Below are positions 47,011 through 57,171 of a stretch of 64,000 nucleotides of DNA, in pieces. The notes beneath the pieces were generated by a model that searched no databases, had not been told where the DNA came from, and saw nothing but the letters and a program-made list of their open reading frames with translations. Every line of letters begins with the position of its first letter. Position 1 is the stretch's first letter. This stretch comes from Candidatus Latescibacterota bacterium (GTDB taxonomy: Bacteria; Latescibacterota; UBA2968). The DNA is taken from positions 544,001 to 608,000 of the forward strand of contig OZ244960.1 in the NCBI GenBank assembly GCA_965222605.1. The letters are read 5' to 3'. A program made the position numbers and the translations under genes.

Positions 47011-49185
47011 TCACGAATGAATCCCCGTCCGCCCCCAGGCCATCTCAGAAGGCACCGACTCATTGCCCGCCCGGTCCACGGCCGTCACGCGGTAATAATA
47101 CGTTGTCGAACACCAGTAGGGCGTAGCCGAAGGTAACCCCCAGTCAATCCACCCTATCTCTGAGGGCGAGGCAATCAGTGTGCGCTGGTCGCAGACAAAA
47201 TTGGGATCCGTGCTGGCGTACACATTGTAGTGATGGAAATCCGGATCCGACACTGGTGCCCAGGTCACCTGTAATTCCGACACATCGCCGGTCTCCACTT
47301 CTACCCCCGTCACCTGTGCGGGAGGCGTCGCGTCTTCTCCACCCTTTTCGGATGGAATATATGCGGTATCATCAGTCAGAAGCAATTGATCCAGCTTTAC
47401 ACCCCGATTTGATGTTGCCGCCGTCAACACATGCGCGCCCCCATCAAGATTCAGCACAATCGGTCTCCCGCGCGCGTCCAGCACCCGCACCCATCCCCAA
47501 GCATCCACCACTGCCTCACAGCACCCCACTTCCCGGTCATTGCAACATACAGTGAATCCCAAAATGCGATCGAGTTTTCCCGCCACCCGCGCCCACAGAC
47601 CATAGGACCCGGACCTGGGCAAATCCACATCCATGTGTACCCGTCCCGACTGCTCACTATCCTTCAACGCCACAAAATACAGATTGGACGCTCGTCCATC
47701 GAACTGATCAGTTAGCCCTTCTCGCCGCCCCAGTTCCGGTTCGATAAATAGCCGCACAGGCTCTTCCCCCGGCTCACTTCCCATCCGCACTTCAGCAGAA
47801 GATCGCCCCTCCAGCCCGGAATATTCCACCATCGTCACCCGGTAAAACGCCGTGCCCTGCCCGTGCGTTCTGTCTTCAAAAGCGTCACCGGTCACAATAC
47901 CCTCACTGACCTGCTCAAATCCCTCGCCCGATTCTCGACTTCGGTACACGTAATATCCCTTCAACTCTTTCGAGCGATCGGGACGCTTCCACGTCAGCCT
48001 TACCCGCCCTTCACGCCCTTCGGCCTGCAGTCCCACTGGTGGGTCGGGTCTTCTCAGCACAGCCACATACACCTCGCCCCACAGCCCCACCATATCCGAA
48101 TCAAAAACCACCTTGGTCCCATCGGGACTTACAATCGGCGCCGGATGCGTGGACTCGGCATCCGGATGCATTGCCCCCCAGCCCTGATAGGAGCTATTGT
48201 GGTAACAGATCCGGTGAATCCACCCCCGCTCTTCAGTATGAATCAGCAAAATCTGATTGGCGTATGGCCCTCTGGCCGTCACATCTGAAACAATCCACTC
48301 GTTGTCAAAACTCCATCCCCCGTGCATGCCACCCGCCAGATTGACGATCTGCCGCCTGTTCGTGCCATCTTTGTCCATTACCCAGATACTCGACTCTGAG
48401 GCATAAGACCATGCGTGCCCGTCGTGCGCCCAATCCGGATGTCCCGCCTGTCCACACGGCAACTCTGTTTTACCCGTTCCATCCGCCTGGATGATATAAC
48501 TGCCCAGCCTCACCTCTTTAATCGGATCGTTCAAATTGTAAAAGATGGAATAATCAGCCCCCCGCGTGAACCGCAGCCGGTGAATATTGCCCTCGATGGG
48601 TACTTCTCGCTGTTTTCCGCTCTGGATATCGATCAGATAAACCGTCCACACCTTTTGTTCTGGATCCTTTCGCCCCCGCACCAGGAGTTTCTTCTCATCG
48701 CTGCTGGGCGGGCAAAACTCCACGTTGTGTTGCAGATCTACCGACGCGAGTTCGCGCCTTTCTCCCGTCTTTACATTGACTGAACAGAACGCCGTCCGAG
48801 AGCCGCGGTTAGCGGAATAATACATCACGTCCGGCTTCAAACCACTCCACAAAGGCCGCGGCACCCGCCCTTCTTCGCCGCGAATATACAATTCCCGGAT
48901 CCGCCCTCCATCCGCATCCATAAGCCAGTTTCCCCCGTGTTTGCCCGGCCGCCGCGATACAAAAAACAGTGCGGAACCATCGGCATTCCACGCCGGAATA
49001 TCGTAATAAATATGTCGCGAAATCGCCGGATCGTGCGTCAGTTTCCACACCTCGGCATGCGTTCCCGTATCCCGAAAAATCGTGCGCTCAGATGCGTAAG
49101 CATCTCCATTTTTCAGCTTCTCATATGGCTTGTGCCCGTCCCGCACCGAAAGCGTCTCTAGATTGTGAGATCGATCAATGGCCAT
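47011..49185 (-). CDS. Ogl/TolB-like beta-propeller + FN3 + CBM-like protein (paralog of 26754-28976)
   Basis: 'SERTIFRDTGT', 'YYDIPAWNADG', 'THPAPIVSPDGTKVVFDSD', 'YYYRVTAVDRAGNES'. Confidence 0.65.
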   Translation of the reverse strand: MAIDRSHNLETLSVRDGHKPYEKLKNGDAYASERTIFRDTGTHAEVWKLTHDPAISRHIYYDIPAWNADGSALFFVSRRPGKHGGNWLMDADGGRIRELYIRGEEGRVPRPLWSGLKPDVMYYSANRGSRTAFCSVNVKTGERRELASVDLQHNVEFCPPSSDEKKLLVRGRKDPEQKVWTVYLIDIQSGKQREVPIEGNIHRLRFTRGADYSIFYNLNDPIKEVRLGSYIIQADGTGKTELPCGQAGHPDWAHDGHAWSYASESSIWVMDKDGTNRRQIVNLAGGMHGGWSFDNEWIVSDVTARGPYANQILLIHTEERGWIHRICYHNSSYQGWGAMHPDAESTHPAPIVSPDGTKVVFDSDMVGLWGEVYVAVLRRPDPPVGLQAEGREGRVRLTWKRPDRSKELKGYYVYRSRESGEGFEQVSEGIVTGDAFEDRTHGQGTAFYRVTMVEYSGLEGRSSAEVRMGSEPGEEPVRLFIEPELGRREGLTDQFDGRASNLYFVALKDSEQSGRVHMDVDLPRSGSYGLWARVAGKLDRILGFTVCCNDREVGCCEAVVDAWGWVRVLDARGRPIVLNLDGGAHVLTAATSNRGVKLDQLLLTDDTAYIPSEKGGEDATPPAQVTGVEVETGDVSELQVTWAPVSDPDFHHYNVYASTDPNFVCDQRTLIASPSEIGWIDWGLPSATPYWCSTTYYYRVTAVDRAGNESVPSEMAWGRTGIHS

Positions 49186-49214
49186 GTCAAATCTCCTTTT
49201 CTCTTTCTGATCAT

Positions 49215-50072
49215 TTAACCCATTCCAAACTGCCGATTCAAAAATTCAACTGTCTCTCTAAAAAACCGCGCCTGAATCGCCTCTTGACCCTCCTCTGGCA
49301 CATCCTCCCGCATCCGCACCACGCATTCTACACCCAGCGCATCCATCTTCTCCTTAAGCACCTGTCCGAATATCGGATGGTGGATTCCCTGACCCGCATC
49401 TGGCTCGGGGTCCATTGGCAAATTTGGCGTGGTGTACCACAACATCACAGGCGGCGCATCTTTAGACACATAATTGATTGCAGAAGCTGCTTTAAACATC
49501 GCCCGGGCCTCCGGCTTGTCGAATTCTTCAGGCGAAAATCCAAAAAATAGTTGCAACGCCTCGTGTGCATACGCCGGCCCCGAAATAATCTTACGAATAA
49601 AATGCGGATCGTACGAACACTGTCCCTGCCACGACGCCACACACGTCAGCCGCGTGGATTGTCGGACCACCGGATCTTCGCTTTCCGGCTTTGCTTCTTC
49701 CCCGCGAAACCCGATCCACATCGAAATCCCGGCCCCAGCAGATCCACCACCAGCCGCCACCCGGGAAGCGTCCAAATTCCACTCTCCTGCCTTCCATCGA
49801 ATAAACTGAATTGCCCGCCGGCTGTGCTCCATCGCCGCCGGATACCGATCCGTTCCCGAAAGCGGATAATTGATCGCCGCCACCGAAATACCCGCTTCCA
49901 GGCAACCTTTTAGCAACACCTGCGAAATCCCCACTTTATCCCCACCCCGAAATCCCCCACCGTGAATATACACATACACCGGTGCCGGACCTTTCGAATC
50001 CGCCTGATACAGATCTACCACATCCCGCTCGTGATCCCCATACGCCACATCTCGATAAGTCGGTTCGCCCAT
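49215..50072 (-). CDS. Alpha/beta hydrolase (HSL/BD-FAE-like esterase)
   Basis: HGGGF oxyanion motif, GGSAG nucleophile elbow. Confidence 0.85.
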   Translation of the reverse strand: MGEPTYRDVAYGDHERDVVDLYQADSKGPAPVYVYIHGGGFRGGDKVGISQVLLKGCLEAGISVAAINYPLSGTDRYPAAMEHSRRAIQFIRWKAGEWNLDASRVAAGGGSAGAGISMWIGFRGEEAKPESEDPVVRQSTRLTCVASWQGQCSYDPHFIRKIISGPAYAHEALQLFFGFSPEEFDKPEARAMFKAASAINYVSKDAPPVMLWYTTPNLPMDPEPDAGQGIHHPIFGQVLKEKMDALGVECVVRMREDVPEEGQEAIQARFFRETVEFLNRQFGMG

Positions 50073-50180
50073 TGTTCCCCCTTGAAATGTTATCTGTAAT
50101 CCCGGCTTTATTGTACCTGTTCGTCTCCCAGAAACACCGCCGTCAGACAGCTCAGGTCAAGGTTAAAGCACTAAGAAACA

Positions 50181-51218
50181 CTACGGTGTTTGAAATTTTC
50201 GGAACTTTGTCCGAAACCTCGATGTTTCAAGCACATCACGGTTCACCACGGCCTCGGGAATCTCACCCCGAAGAATCTGCGCGGCCTGGCGGATTTTATC
50301 GCGCCAGGCACCTTCGAAGTATTCATCGGTATGCCCCAGGGAGTGCGGGGATACAACGACATTGTCCATTTTGAGGATCGGATTGTCGGGATCGACGGGC
50401 TCCTGTTCGAACACATCCAATCCGGCCCCTCGAATCCATCCCTGCTGCAGCGCCTGAATGAGCGCGGCTTCATCGACGACGGGGCCGCGCGAGGTGTTGA
50501 TCAAATAGGCCGTGGATTTCATTTTGCGCAATTCTTCTTCCCCAATCAGATGGTGTGTCTGTTCGCTAAATGGGACGCTGATGCTCAGGAAGTCGGACTC
50601 AGCCAGAATCGTATCCATGTCCACCAGGTCTGCGCCGATATCGGACACGGCGTCCTGTTCTACGTAGGGGTCACAGACCAGGTGCCGCATCCCGAACGGC
50701 CTGGCCAGTAAAAACACCTCGTGGCCGATGTTGCCGACGCCGATGGAACCGAGAGTCTTGCCGGTCAGACCTTCACCGTGATACGCATCCCGTTCCGACC
50801 AGCGTCCCTGGCGGGTTATTCTGTCTTTGTTAATGAGTCGCATCGCGAGCGCCAGAATGAAGGTGATGATGGTGCAGGCCATTGGCCGGCGAACCGCGTC
50901 GGGAGCAAAGCAGAGCATGACGCCCGCATGGGTGAGAGCCCGAACATCGATGTGGTCGTATCCTACGCCGGTATAGAGAACTGCGATCAGTTGGTCGTTT
51001 CCCGCAAGTGAGCGCTTTGTCCAGTGAGCGGTCCAGGAGATGACCATATCGCATCCACGTATTTGTTCGGCGCCGACTTCCGGCAGAAACCGATCAAATA
51101 TCCGGTACTCGACTTCGGGCATCTCATTGAGCAGTTCCAGCCCCGGGCCGGGAATGGCCAGATTTCCGGCCGGATCGAAGAAATCTCTGGTAATTCCGAG
51201 CCTGACTTTCCTCTCCAT
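50181..51218 (-). CDS. D-isomer-specific 2-hydroxyacid dehydrogenase
   Basis: GVGYDHID, GVGNIG, INTSRGPVVDE, GLDVFEQEP, SPH. Confidence 0.9.
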   Translation of the reverse strand: MERKVRLGITRDFFDPAGNLAIPGPGLELLNEMPEVEYRIFDRFLPEVGAEQIRGCDMVISWTAHWTKRSLAGNDQLIAVLYTGVGYDHIDVRALTHAGVMLCFAPDAVRRPMACTIITFILALAMRLINKDRITRQGRWSERDAYHGEGLTGKTLGSIGVGNIGHEVFLLARPFGMRHLVCDPYVEQDAVSDIGADLVDMDTILAESDFLSISVPFSEQTHHLIGEEELRKMKSTAYLINTSRGPVVDEAALIQALQQGWIRGAGLDVFEQEPVDPDNPILKMDNVVVSPHSLGHTDEYFEGAWRDKIRQAAQILRGEIPEAVVNRDVLETSRFRTKFRKFQTP

Positions 51219-51313
51219 ATATTCTCTCCTATTTTTCGTATTTAGAAGTCTGCGAAGGTAAAACCGTCTGCGTGAAAATCTCGAATTTGATCGGGTGTGA
51301 GATTCATAAAAAC

Positions 51314-53584
51314 CTACCTTTTAACCCAGATTGGGCTCGACCATGCAAAATCGCCCTGCGCCACCTGCAAATTTCCACAGCGCCCGCCCATCGGCACCCG
51401 ACGAAGTGGCTTTAGTCTAATCTCTACATAATAAAAATGTTCTCCAGGGTCTGGCTCGTCCTCAAACATCAAAACGGCCTGGTGCTTTCCGACCCATTGC
51501 GCCAGCACCTGCTCTCCATCCCTGAACAGCGCGACCTGCTGCACTATTCGGGATGCCTGCACGCTACAGTTCAAATGGATTTGCCCGGTTACCTCCACCT
51601 CCGATCCCATGGGCATTCCATTCACCCGCACATCCAGCATGACACGAGCACCGTTGGTGGCAAAACACCGTCGTGCCCACAAGGCTTCAAATAGCGCCTC
51701 TCGGGTCAACGCCTCTGCCCACACACCCGTCAGAGCACCGCCCATCCCGGGCACTATCCGATGGGAATCGCTATTCCCCATAAACGCCAGGCGATAGCCC
51801 TGCCGCAGTGCCTCTGGAATCGTATCTCGCATGTGAATGTAAATATCCCAGCACGAACACAGTTCCACGCCCCCGAGCCGACTGCTCGGAATCACCCACC
51901 ATGTGGGATGGTGCGGAAATGTGAAAGCCCGTGTCTGTTCCATCGCTGCCACCCACTTCTCCAGTGTATCCGCATCGGACTCGGTAAAATGATATAGCGG
52001 CATTGCTCCGCCAGGAAATAGCATAATCCTATGGTTCGGTCCGCCCTCTGATTCCTTGCGATAGGTGCGCTCATAGGCGGGAACGGTCACAAACCGTCCC
52101 GAATCGTTAAAGTGATCGGCCTCCGCCAGGATCAGCTCGAGCTCTGATGGCGTGAGAATATTATCGTAAAGCACATCATTATCCGTCACAGCCATAAAAT
52201 CCAGCCGTGCCTTGTAGCGTCCATACGCGTAATTCTCGTCGATCTCGCCCTCTGCATCACCCGACAGATTGCCGTGGCAGTGGAGGTCCCCCCAGTAAAG
52301 CCTATAGGTTTTTCCCTTCACCTCTATTTCGGGCCGCCGATCAAACGCAGGCGGTTCGGGCAGTCGGATCGGCCGCCATGATCGCCAGGCCGAAGCCGGG
52401 CGTTCCTCTGCGGGCCGCGCCTGATCCAGTGGCAAACTCCCCGCACAGATATCCGCATAATATCGCCCCTCGGAAATCTGGGCGGTAAACGGCAATCTTC
52501 CACCTACCACCGGTAAATCTCCGTTCACCGTATAGGCGTGTACCTCTCCATCTACCTCGCAAGACTGCCCTTGATTTTTCCCGGTCAGCGGACGAGCGTA
52601 AAACAGCGCATCCGGACCGTGCCGGTTGACCAACTCGTCCTCTTTGCGCTCGTACAGGACCCAGACGTCCCCACTCGTTTCCCGCACAATCTGCGGCCTC
52701 CGCCGCCACCCCACAAAACCCATATAATGCTCGCGTCCCAACAATCCATCGTAGAGATGCGCCACATACCCTTCGGGCATGGTGCGATCCGGACCCCGGT
52801 AGGGCGTCCAGGATCGGCCGTCAAAATGCGAAGCCATCGCCTCCACTTTGTGATCCACAAATCCCCTGGGATGGGTCACATCGCGCGTGACTGTCCACGT
52901 CGCCCAGATCCCGCCCGAACCGTCGGGACACAACCTCGGGAATAACTCCCAGGCATCTGTAAGCGAGAACTTCCTCGGTTGTCCCACCCCATCCGGCGTC
53001 CAGTTTCTCAAAAACAGATCACAGGCTCCATTTTGGTGCGTCTGGTAAGCCACCCAGGCGCCCCCGGCGTGTCCGCACAGCACGGGCCGATAGTGATCTC
53101 CCCCACCCTGCGATAGATCCACGACTTCAGCCCAGCGATTCCCATCCAGACACCGCCCAAACACCCGACGCCTTCTACCCACCAGCGCCGTCCAGACCGC
53201 CCATATTCTATCCTCACTGTCCGAAGTCACATCTGGGAAAGCCAGACTCGCATCCGCCTCGCCCAGCCACACCACTTCACCCATTTCGTCTGCCGATCGG
53301 GCCAGCACGCACCACCGTCCCTCCCGCATAGCGCACCACACCACCCACACTGCATCGCCCCCGCACGCAATCCTCGGCTGAAAATTGATCCCCACCTCTT
53401 CGCCCACCGAGAGTAGAGGACCTCGCCGCTGGCCCTTAAAAGACCGCACCAGAATTCGGTCTTCTTTGGGCCTATACGCGTGCCAGGCCACCCAAAACCG
53501 TCCAGATCCATCCACAGTCAGTGCTGGGTCTTTATCCACATGCCCGCGGCGATGCTCTGACAATCGAATTTGCAAACGCCCCAT
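51314..53584 (-). CDS. DUF3604/CehA-McbA-like PHP metallohydrolase with N-terminal propeller repeats
   Basis: 'YWGDLHCH', 'DFMAVTD', 'GNSDSH', 'REALFEALWARRCFAT', 'AWSSPIWV'. Confidence 0.75.
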   Translation of the reverse strand: MGRLQIRLSEHRRGHVDKDPALTVDGSGRFWVAWHAYRPKEDRILVRSFKGQRRGPLLSVGEEVGINFQPRIACGGDAVWVVWCAMREGRWCVLARSADEMGEVVWLGEADASLAFPDVTSDSEDRIWAVWTALVGRRRRVFGRCLDGNRWAEVVDLSQGGGDHYRPVLCGHAGGAWVAYQTHQNGACDLFLRNWTPDGVGQPRKFSLTDAWELFPRLCPDGSGGIWATWTVTRDVTHPRGFVDHKVEAMASHFDGRSWTPYRGPDRTMPEGYVAHLYDGLLGREHYMGFVGWRRRPQIVRETSGDVWVLYERKEDELVNRHGPDALFYARPLTGKNQGQSCEVDGEVHAYTVNGDLPVVGGRLPFTAQISEGRYYADICAGSLPLDQARPAEERPASAWRSWRPIRLPEPPAFDRRPEIEVKGKTYRLYWGDLHCHGNLSGDAEGEIDENYAYGRYKARLDFMAVTDNDVLYDNILTPSELELILAEADHFNDSGRFVTVPAYERTYRKESEGGPNHRIMLFPGGAMPLYHFTESDADTLEKWVAAMEQTRAFTFPHHPTWWVIPSSRLGGVELCSCWDIYIHMRDTIPEALRQGYRLAFMGNSDSHRIVPGMGGALTGVWAEALTREALFEALWARRCFATNGARVMLDVRVNGMPMGSEVEVTGQIHLNCSVQASRIVQQVALFRDGEQVLAQWVGKHQAVLMFEDEPDPGEHFYYVEIRLKPLRRVPMGGRCGNLQVAQGDFAWSSPIWVKR

Positions 53585-53716
53585 ACTCCGATCCTCCCGT
53601 GAAACGCCCCGGAATCAACCTGAGTGTCACAAGATAACTTTTGTTTTCGGGAATAATTTGTATATTTCTCACGAGAACTCTGATACAACCCGTTCATTTC
53701 TCCGGAGAAATCAACA

Positions 53717-54967
53717 GTGACAACAAATACCATTCGCGTGGGCATCATCGGAACCGGCAGCCGCGGCATCAACTGTATTGGTCATCAAATTGCCGAACAA
53801 GCCAGCGATTTAGACATCGCAATAACTGCCTTTTGCAACCGAACAGAAAGCCGCATGCACATTGCTCTTGAAGATGTGAACAGAATCGCGACAACGGCGG
53901 GCAACACGGCTTTTTCACCCGCTTTCTACAGCGATCCAACAGCCCTGATCTCAGACGACAACGTAGATCTAATTGTCATCACCACGCCCACGGCAGCCCA
54001 TCGCGAAGCCGCAATACCCGCACTGCGCTCGGGCAAAAAGGTCTATCTGGACAAGCCCATTGCACATACGCTTGAAGATGCCATAGCCATCCACAAAGAA
54101 GAGCATCGATCAAATAACCCGATGATCATGGGCTTTACCAGGCGCTATGAACAACCCTGGATCGAACTCTACAACTTGCTGCAAAGCGGCGTCATCGGCG
54201 ACCTCAAAATGATGCTCATTCGCGCCGTAATCCCCTACACGCATTATTTTATGACCTGGCACCGCACGCGGGCCTTAAGCGGCGGTGCGCTCAACGACAA
54301 GGCATCGCACTACACGGACGTATTCAACTGGTTTGCGGGCAGCCATTGTCTCCAGGTCAACGCCTTTGGAGGGCGCAACCTCTTTGAAGTGCGCGAAGAC
54401 GCCCCCGAATTTTGTGCTGTCTGCGACGACTGGACCTGTCCTTATCGAGCGGAGTTAGTCGAAACGGGTACACAGGATCAGACTCGAGGCGCGATTGACC
54501 AGACCTTCGCCCATGAAACCGATCCCACGCGCCGAAAAGACAATTGCGTATATAAACCCGGCGCAGACATTTTCGACCACGCATCCATCCACTTCCAGTA
54601 TGACAACGGAATCGTCGCCTCCATCTTCTACGCCATTTACGGTCCCAAAGCCGAAGATGAAGAAACTTTTGAACTGGTCGGCACAAAAGGGCGCATGATC
54701 CTGACGCGACTGAAGGGCGAAATCGACCTTGTAACGGACTATGGGGAACGCAGAGAAGAAATCATACAATGCAAAGCTGAAGCCTTTGAAACCTCTCACT
54801 TTGGCGCAGACCGCAAGCTGGTTCAAGAAATTGTTAAATTTGCCCGCGGCGGTCCATCCCCAGTAGATGGTCGATACGGCATGGAAGCCACGCGAATGAT
54901 CCTATCTGCAATGCAATCCATCGACGAGGGCGGCGAAACCGTTCGCCTCGCTAACGAGCCAATCTGA
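53717..54967 (+). CDS. Gfo/Idh/MocA-family oxidoreductase
   Basis: GIIGTGSRG, DKPI, 'SGGALNDKASHYTD', HFGAD. Confidence 0.9.
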   Translation: MTTNTIRVGIIGTGSRGINCIGHQIAEQASDLDIAITAFCNRTESRMHIALEDVNRIATTAGNTAFSPAFYSDPTALISDDNVDLIVITTPTAAHREAAIPALRSGKKVYLDKPIAHTLEDAIAIHKEEHRSNNPMIMGFTRRYEQPWIELYNLLQSGVIGDLKMMLIRAVIPYTHYFMTWHRTRALSGGALNDKASHYTDVFNWFAGSHCLQVNAFGGRNLFEVREDAPEFCAVCDDWTCPYRAELVETGTQDQTRGAIDQTFAHETDPTRRKDNCVYKPGADIFDHASIHFQYDNGIVASIFYAIYGPKAEDEETFELVGTKGRMILTRLKGEIDLVTDYGERREEIIQCKAEAFETSHFGADRKLVQEIVKFARGGPSPVDGRYGMEATRMILSAMQSIDEGGETVRLANEPI

Positions 54968-54997
54968 GGATATAAACTAATTCACTCGGGAGGAAAA

Positions 54998-55816
54998 ATG
55001 ATACCACTACCTATGACCGACGAGCAAAAATTCTTCTTCGACCTTCGCGGCTGGATTCTGCTGCCTTCTGTGCTATCGGCAGCCGAGATAGAAGAGATGA
55101 AAGCCGAAGTGTATGCCGGCGCCAGGCGGAGTTATGAAGGTACGCTTCAGAACCTGCTGGACCACCCGGCAATCGTCGGCATTCTAAACGAAATTCTATC
55201 CGAAAAACCTTTTGTGAAAGACGACTGCTACGGCTTCCGTTGCGAAGGCTCCTTCACCACCGTGCGACCTCCCGGATGGAGCAAATCGGAACGCGGCGAC
55301 AATGGCCTACCGCACGTCGTGCGTCCCCCCCAGCAAGCCAACGCCATGCGCTACCAGGTTGCGGGAAATAAAATTTTTGCCGGGCTGACCCGGGTTGTGT
55401 GGGAACTCGAGGAAGTGGTAGCCGGACACGGCGGGACCTCTTTTCTCAGCGGGTCACACAAAGCCCACTTCAATTACGGCGGCCCGGATCCGTTTCGGCC
55501 CAATATCGGCGGCTCTCCCTATGAATCCAGTATGCGAGATGCAATGGAAGATTATAGCTGCCCCGCAGGCTCGGTGGTCATCTTCACAGAAAGCCTGATC
55601 CACGCAGCCAACGACTGGACCAACCCGAACAATCCGAGATGCGCGGTCTTCAACTGCTACAACTCCATCTGGGCGCAGTGGCATCGCCTCAACCTCGACC
55701 ACGAAACGATCGAAGCCCTGCCCCCAAAGCGCCGCACGCTCTTTCGCGGCACCTGGGCAATTGGCGGCGACCCAAATGGAAACCGCGAGTACTCGCTGGA
55801 TAACAGAACCGTTTAA
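54998..55816 (+). CDS. PhyH-family dioxygenase-like protein (non-canonical HxV motif)
   Basis: 'EQKFFFDLRGW', 'GGTSFLSGSHKA', 'GSVVIFTESLIH'. Confidence 0.8.
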   Translation: MIPLPMTDEQKFFFDLRGWILLPSVLSAAEIEEMKAEVYAGARRSYEGTLQNLLDHPAIVGILNEILSEKPFVKDDCYGFRCEGSFTTVRPPGWSKSERGDNGLPHVVRPPQQANAMRYQVAGNKIFAGLTRVVWELEEVVAGHGGTSFLSGSHKAHFNYGGPDPFRPNIGGSPYESSMRDAMEDYSCPAGSVVIFTESLIHAANDWTNPNNPRCAVFNCYNSIWAQWHRLNLDHETIEALPPKRRTLFRGTWAIGGDPNGNREYSLDNRTV

Positions 55817-55882
55817 ATTGTTCCCCTTGAAAATTTTAGAAAATCGAGATAAAACCACAAACCGCGCCAGATACTTCCAAGT

Positions 55883-56290
55883 TCAAGGCGTTAATCCAAC
55901 CGTGTAGGCCCGTCCTTCTGGCCTCGGATAGGTTTCTTTGAACCCGTGCGGCCGGCGCAGCAGATATTTCAGCCAGCTTCTCTCGGGCGCCTTTTCAAAC
56001 AGCTTGTCGTACAGACCATCCCCACTGTAAGAATTGGTGATCACACTGGGACAGTAGGTAAAAATAACCGCCCAGCGCACTTTGTCAGATGTATTGAGGG
56101 ACGAATGGTACATATCGTGGGAAAACAGCAATACTGAGCCCGCCTTCATCGGAATCTCGACCTCCATATGGCCCAAATAGGTATCATCCGGCAGAGGCAA
56201 GTTGGCCTTGTGGCTACCCGGAATCAACTTCAAACCACCCTCTCCAGGCTCAATATCGCGCAGAGCGTAGAATACCTGGAATGGAATCAC
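55883..56290 (-). pseudogene. 5'-truncated PhyH-family fragment
   Basis: Has the C-terminal half (GGLKLIPGSHKAN, AGSVLLF...YHS) but lacks the N-terminal half including the HxD motif. Confidence 0.6.
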
Positions 56291-56327
56291 CTCATCTCCA
56301 ATAAGATTAACAGGACAGGTTATCAAG

Positions 56328-57143
56328 CTATACATCCTCAAAATTGTACGTGTACGGCTCCCGATAGCATTGGTCGAGCTTACCGCGCCACTCGCCTAAA
56401 ACACCCCGAAGATCGGCATTCCGTATATTCTGGAAAAACCATTCGGGCACCTCGTAATGCCGCATATTGCAGTAGAATGGCGGAATAAATGTATAAGTCA
56501 TCGAATACCGTGTATTCTCGGTCAGGATATGGGGCGCCGAGTGCATCAGCGATTCCGTAAACAGGAAGGCGTCTCCTGCCCTGCAAGTGGCCTCGATAGG
56601 CTCACAGGACTTACTCACTTCCGCATAGTCACCGTGAACCTTATGGGACCTATCCATAACCCAGGTCCCGCCATCGCCCGGTCCTACATCCGTCAGGAAC
56701 ACAAAGAAATTCAGGTACGGAAAATGGTGCATTCCCGGGTGGCACTCGTCTTCGTACATCCCCCACTTCGGAGTGCTACCGCGATGCCAGCCCTTCCTGT
56801 AGCTCATGTCTTTCTTGTATTTTCGGACCTCTTCCGCGTCATGGCGAAAATCGGCAGGTCGCTTGATAAAAGCCCAGGAATTTTTGAGTGTGGCTGCGAT
56901 ACCGCCGATTTCAGTGTAAGCTTCCAGGATGCAGGGAATTTTGATGAACTCGATAAAAGAGTCGTCCCGAAGAATGAGGGTGTCAATTCGAGTGGTCGTT
57001 ATGTCATTGCCTGTCAGCGACCAAATCCCGGACGCGATGCGATCCAACGTGGTTTTGTAAGCGTTTATTTCATCTTGTTTCAACACGCCTTCGAGTCGCA
57101 CCCAACCATGTTTCTCAAAATGTTGACGCATTTCTGATATCAC
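56328..57143 (-). CDS. PhyH-family Fe(II)/2OG enzyme with HxG motif
   Basis: 'HFEKHGWV', GWHRG, 'FLTDVGPGDGGT', 'AGDAFLFTESLMHSA'. Confidence 0.85.
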   Translation of the reverse strand: MISEMRQHFEKHGWVRLEGVLKQDEINAYKTTLDRIASGIWSLTGNDITTTRIDTLILRDDSFIEFIKIPCILEAYTEIGGIAATLKNSWAFIKRPADFRHDAEEVRKYKKDMSYRKGWHRGSTPKWGMYEDECHPGMHHFPYLNFFVFLTDVGPGDGGTWVMDRSHKVHGDYAEVSKSCEPIEATCRAGDAFLFTESLMHSAPHILTENTRYSMTYTFIPPFYCNMRHYEVPEWFFQNIRNADLRGVLGEWRGKLDQCYREPYTYNFEDV

Positions 57144-57171
57144 AACGCTTTCTCCTTATAAAAACAGCTTC

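Noticed and set aside
56290-56341. Programmed frameshift fusing the two adjacent PhyH ORFs
   Set aside because: The upstream ORF is a complete domain with its own stop and the downstream piece lacks half the fold; a deletion remnant is simpler.
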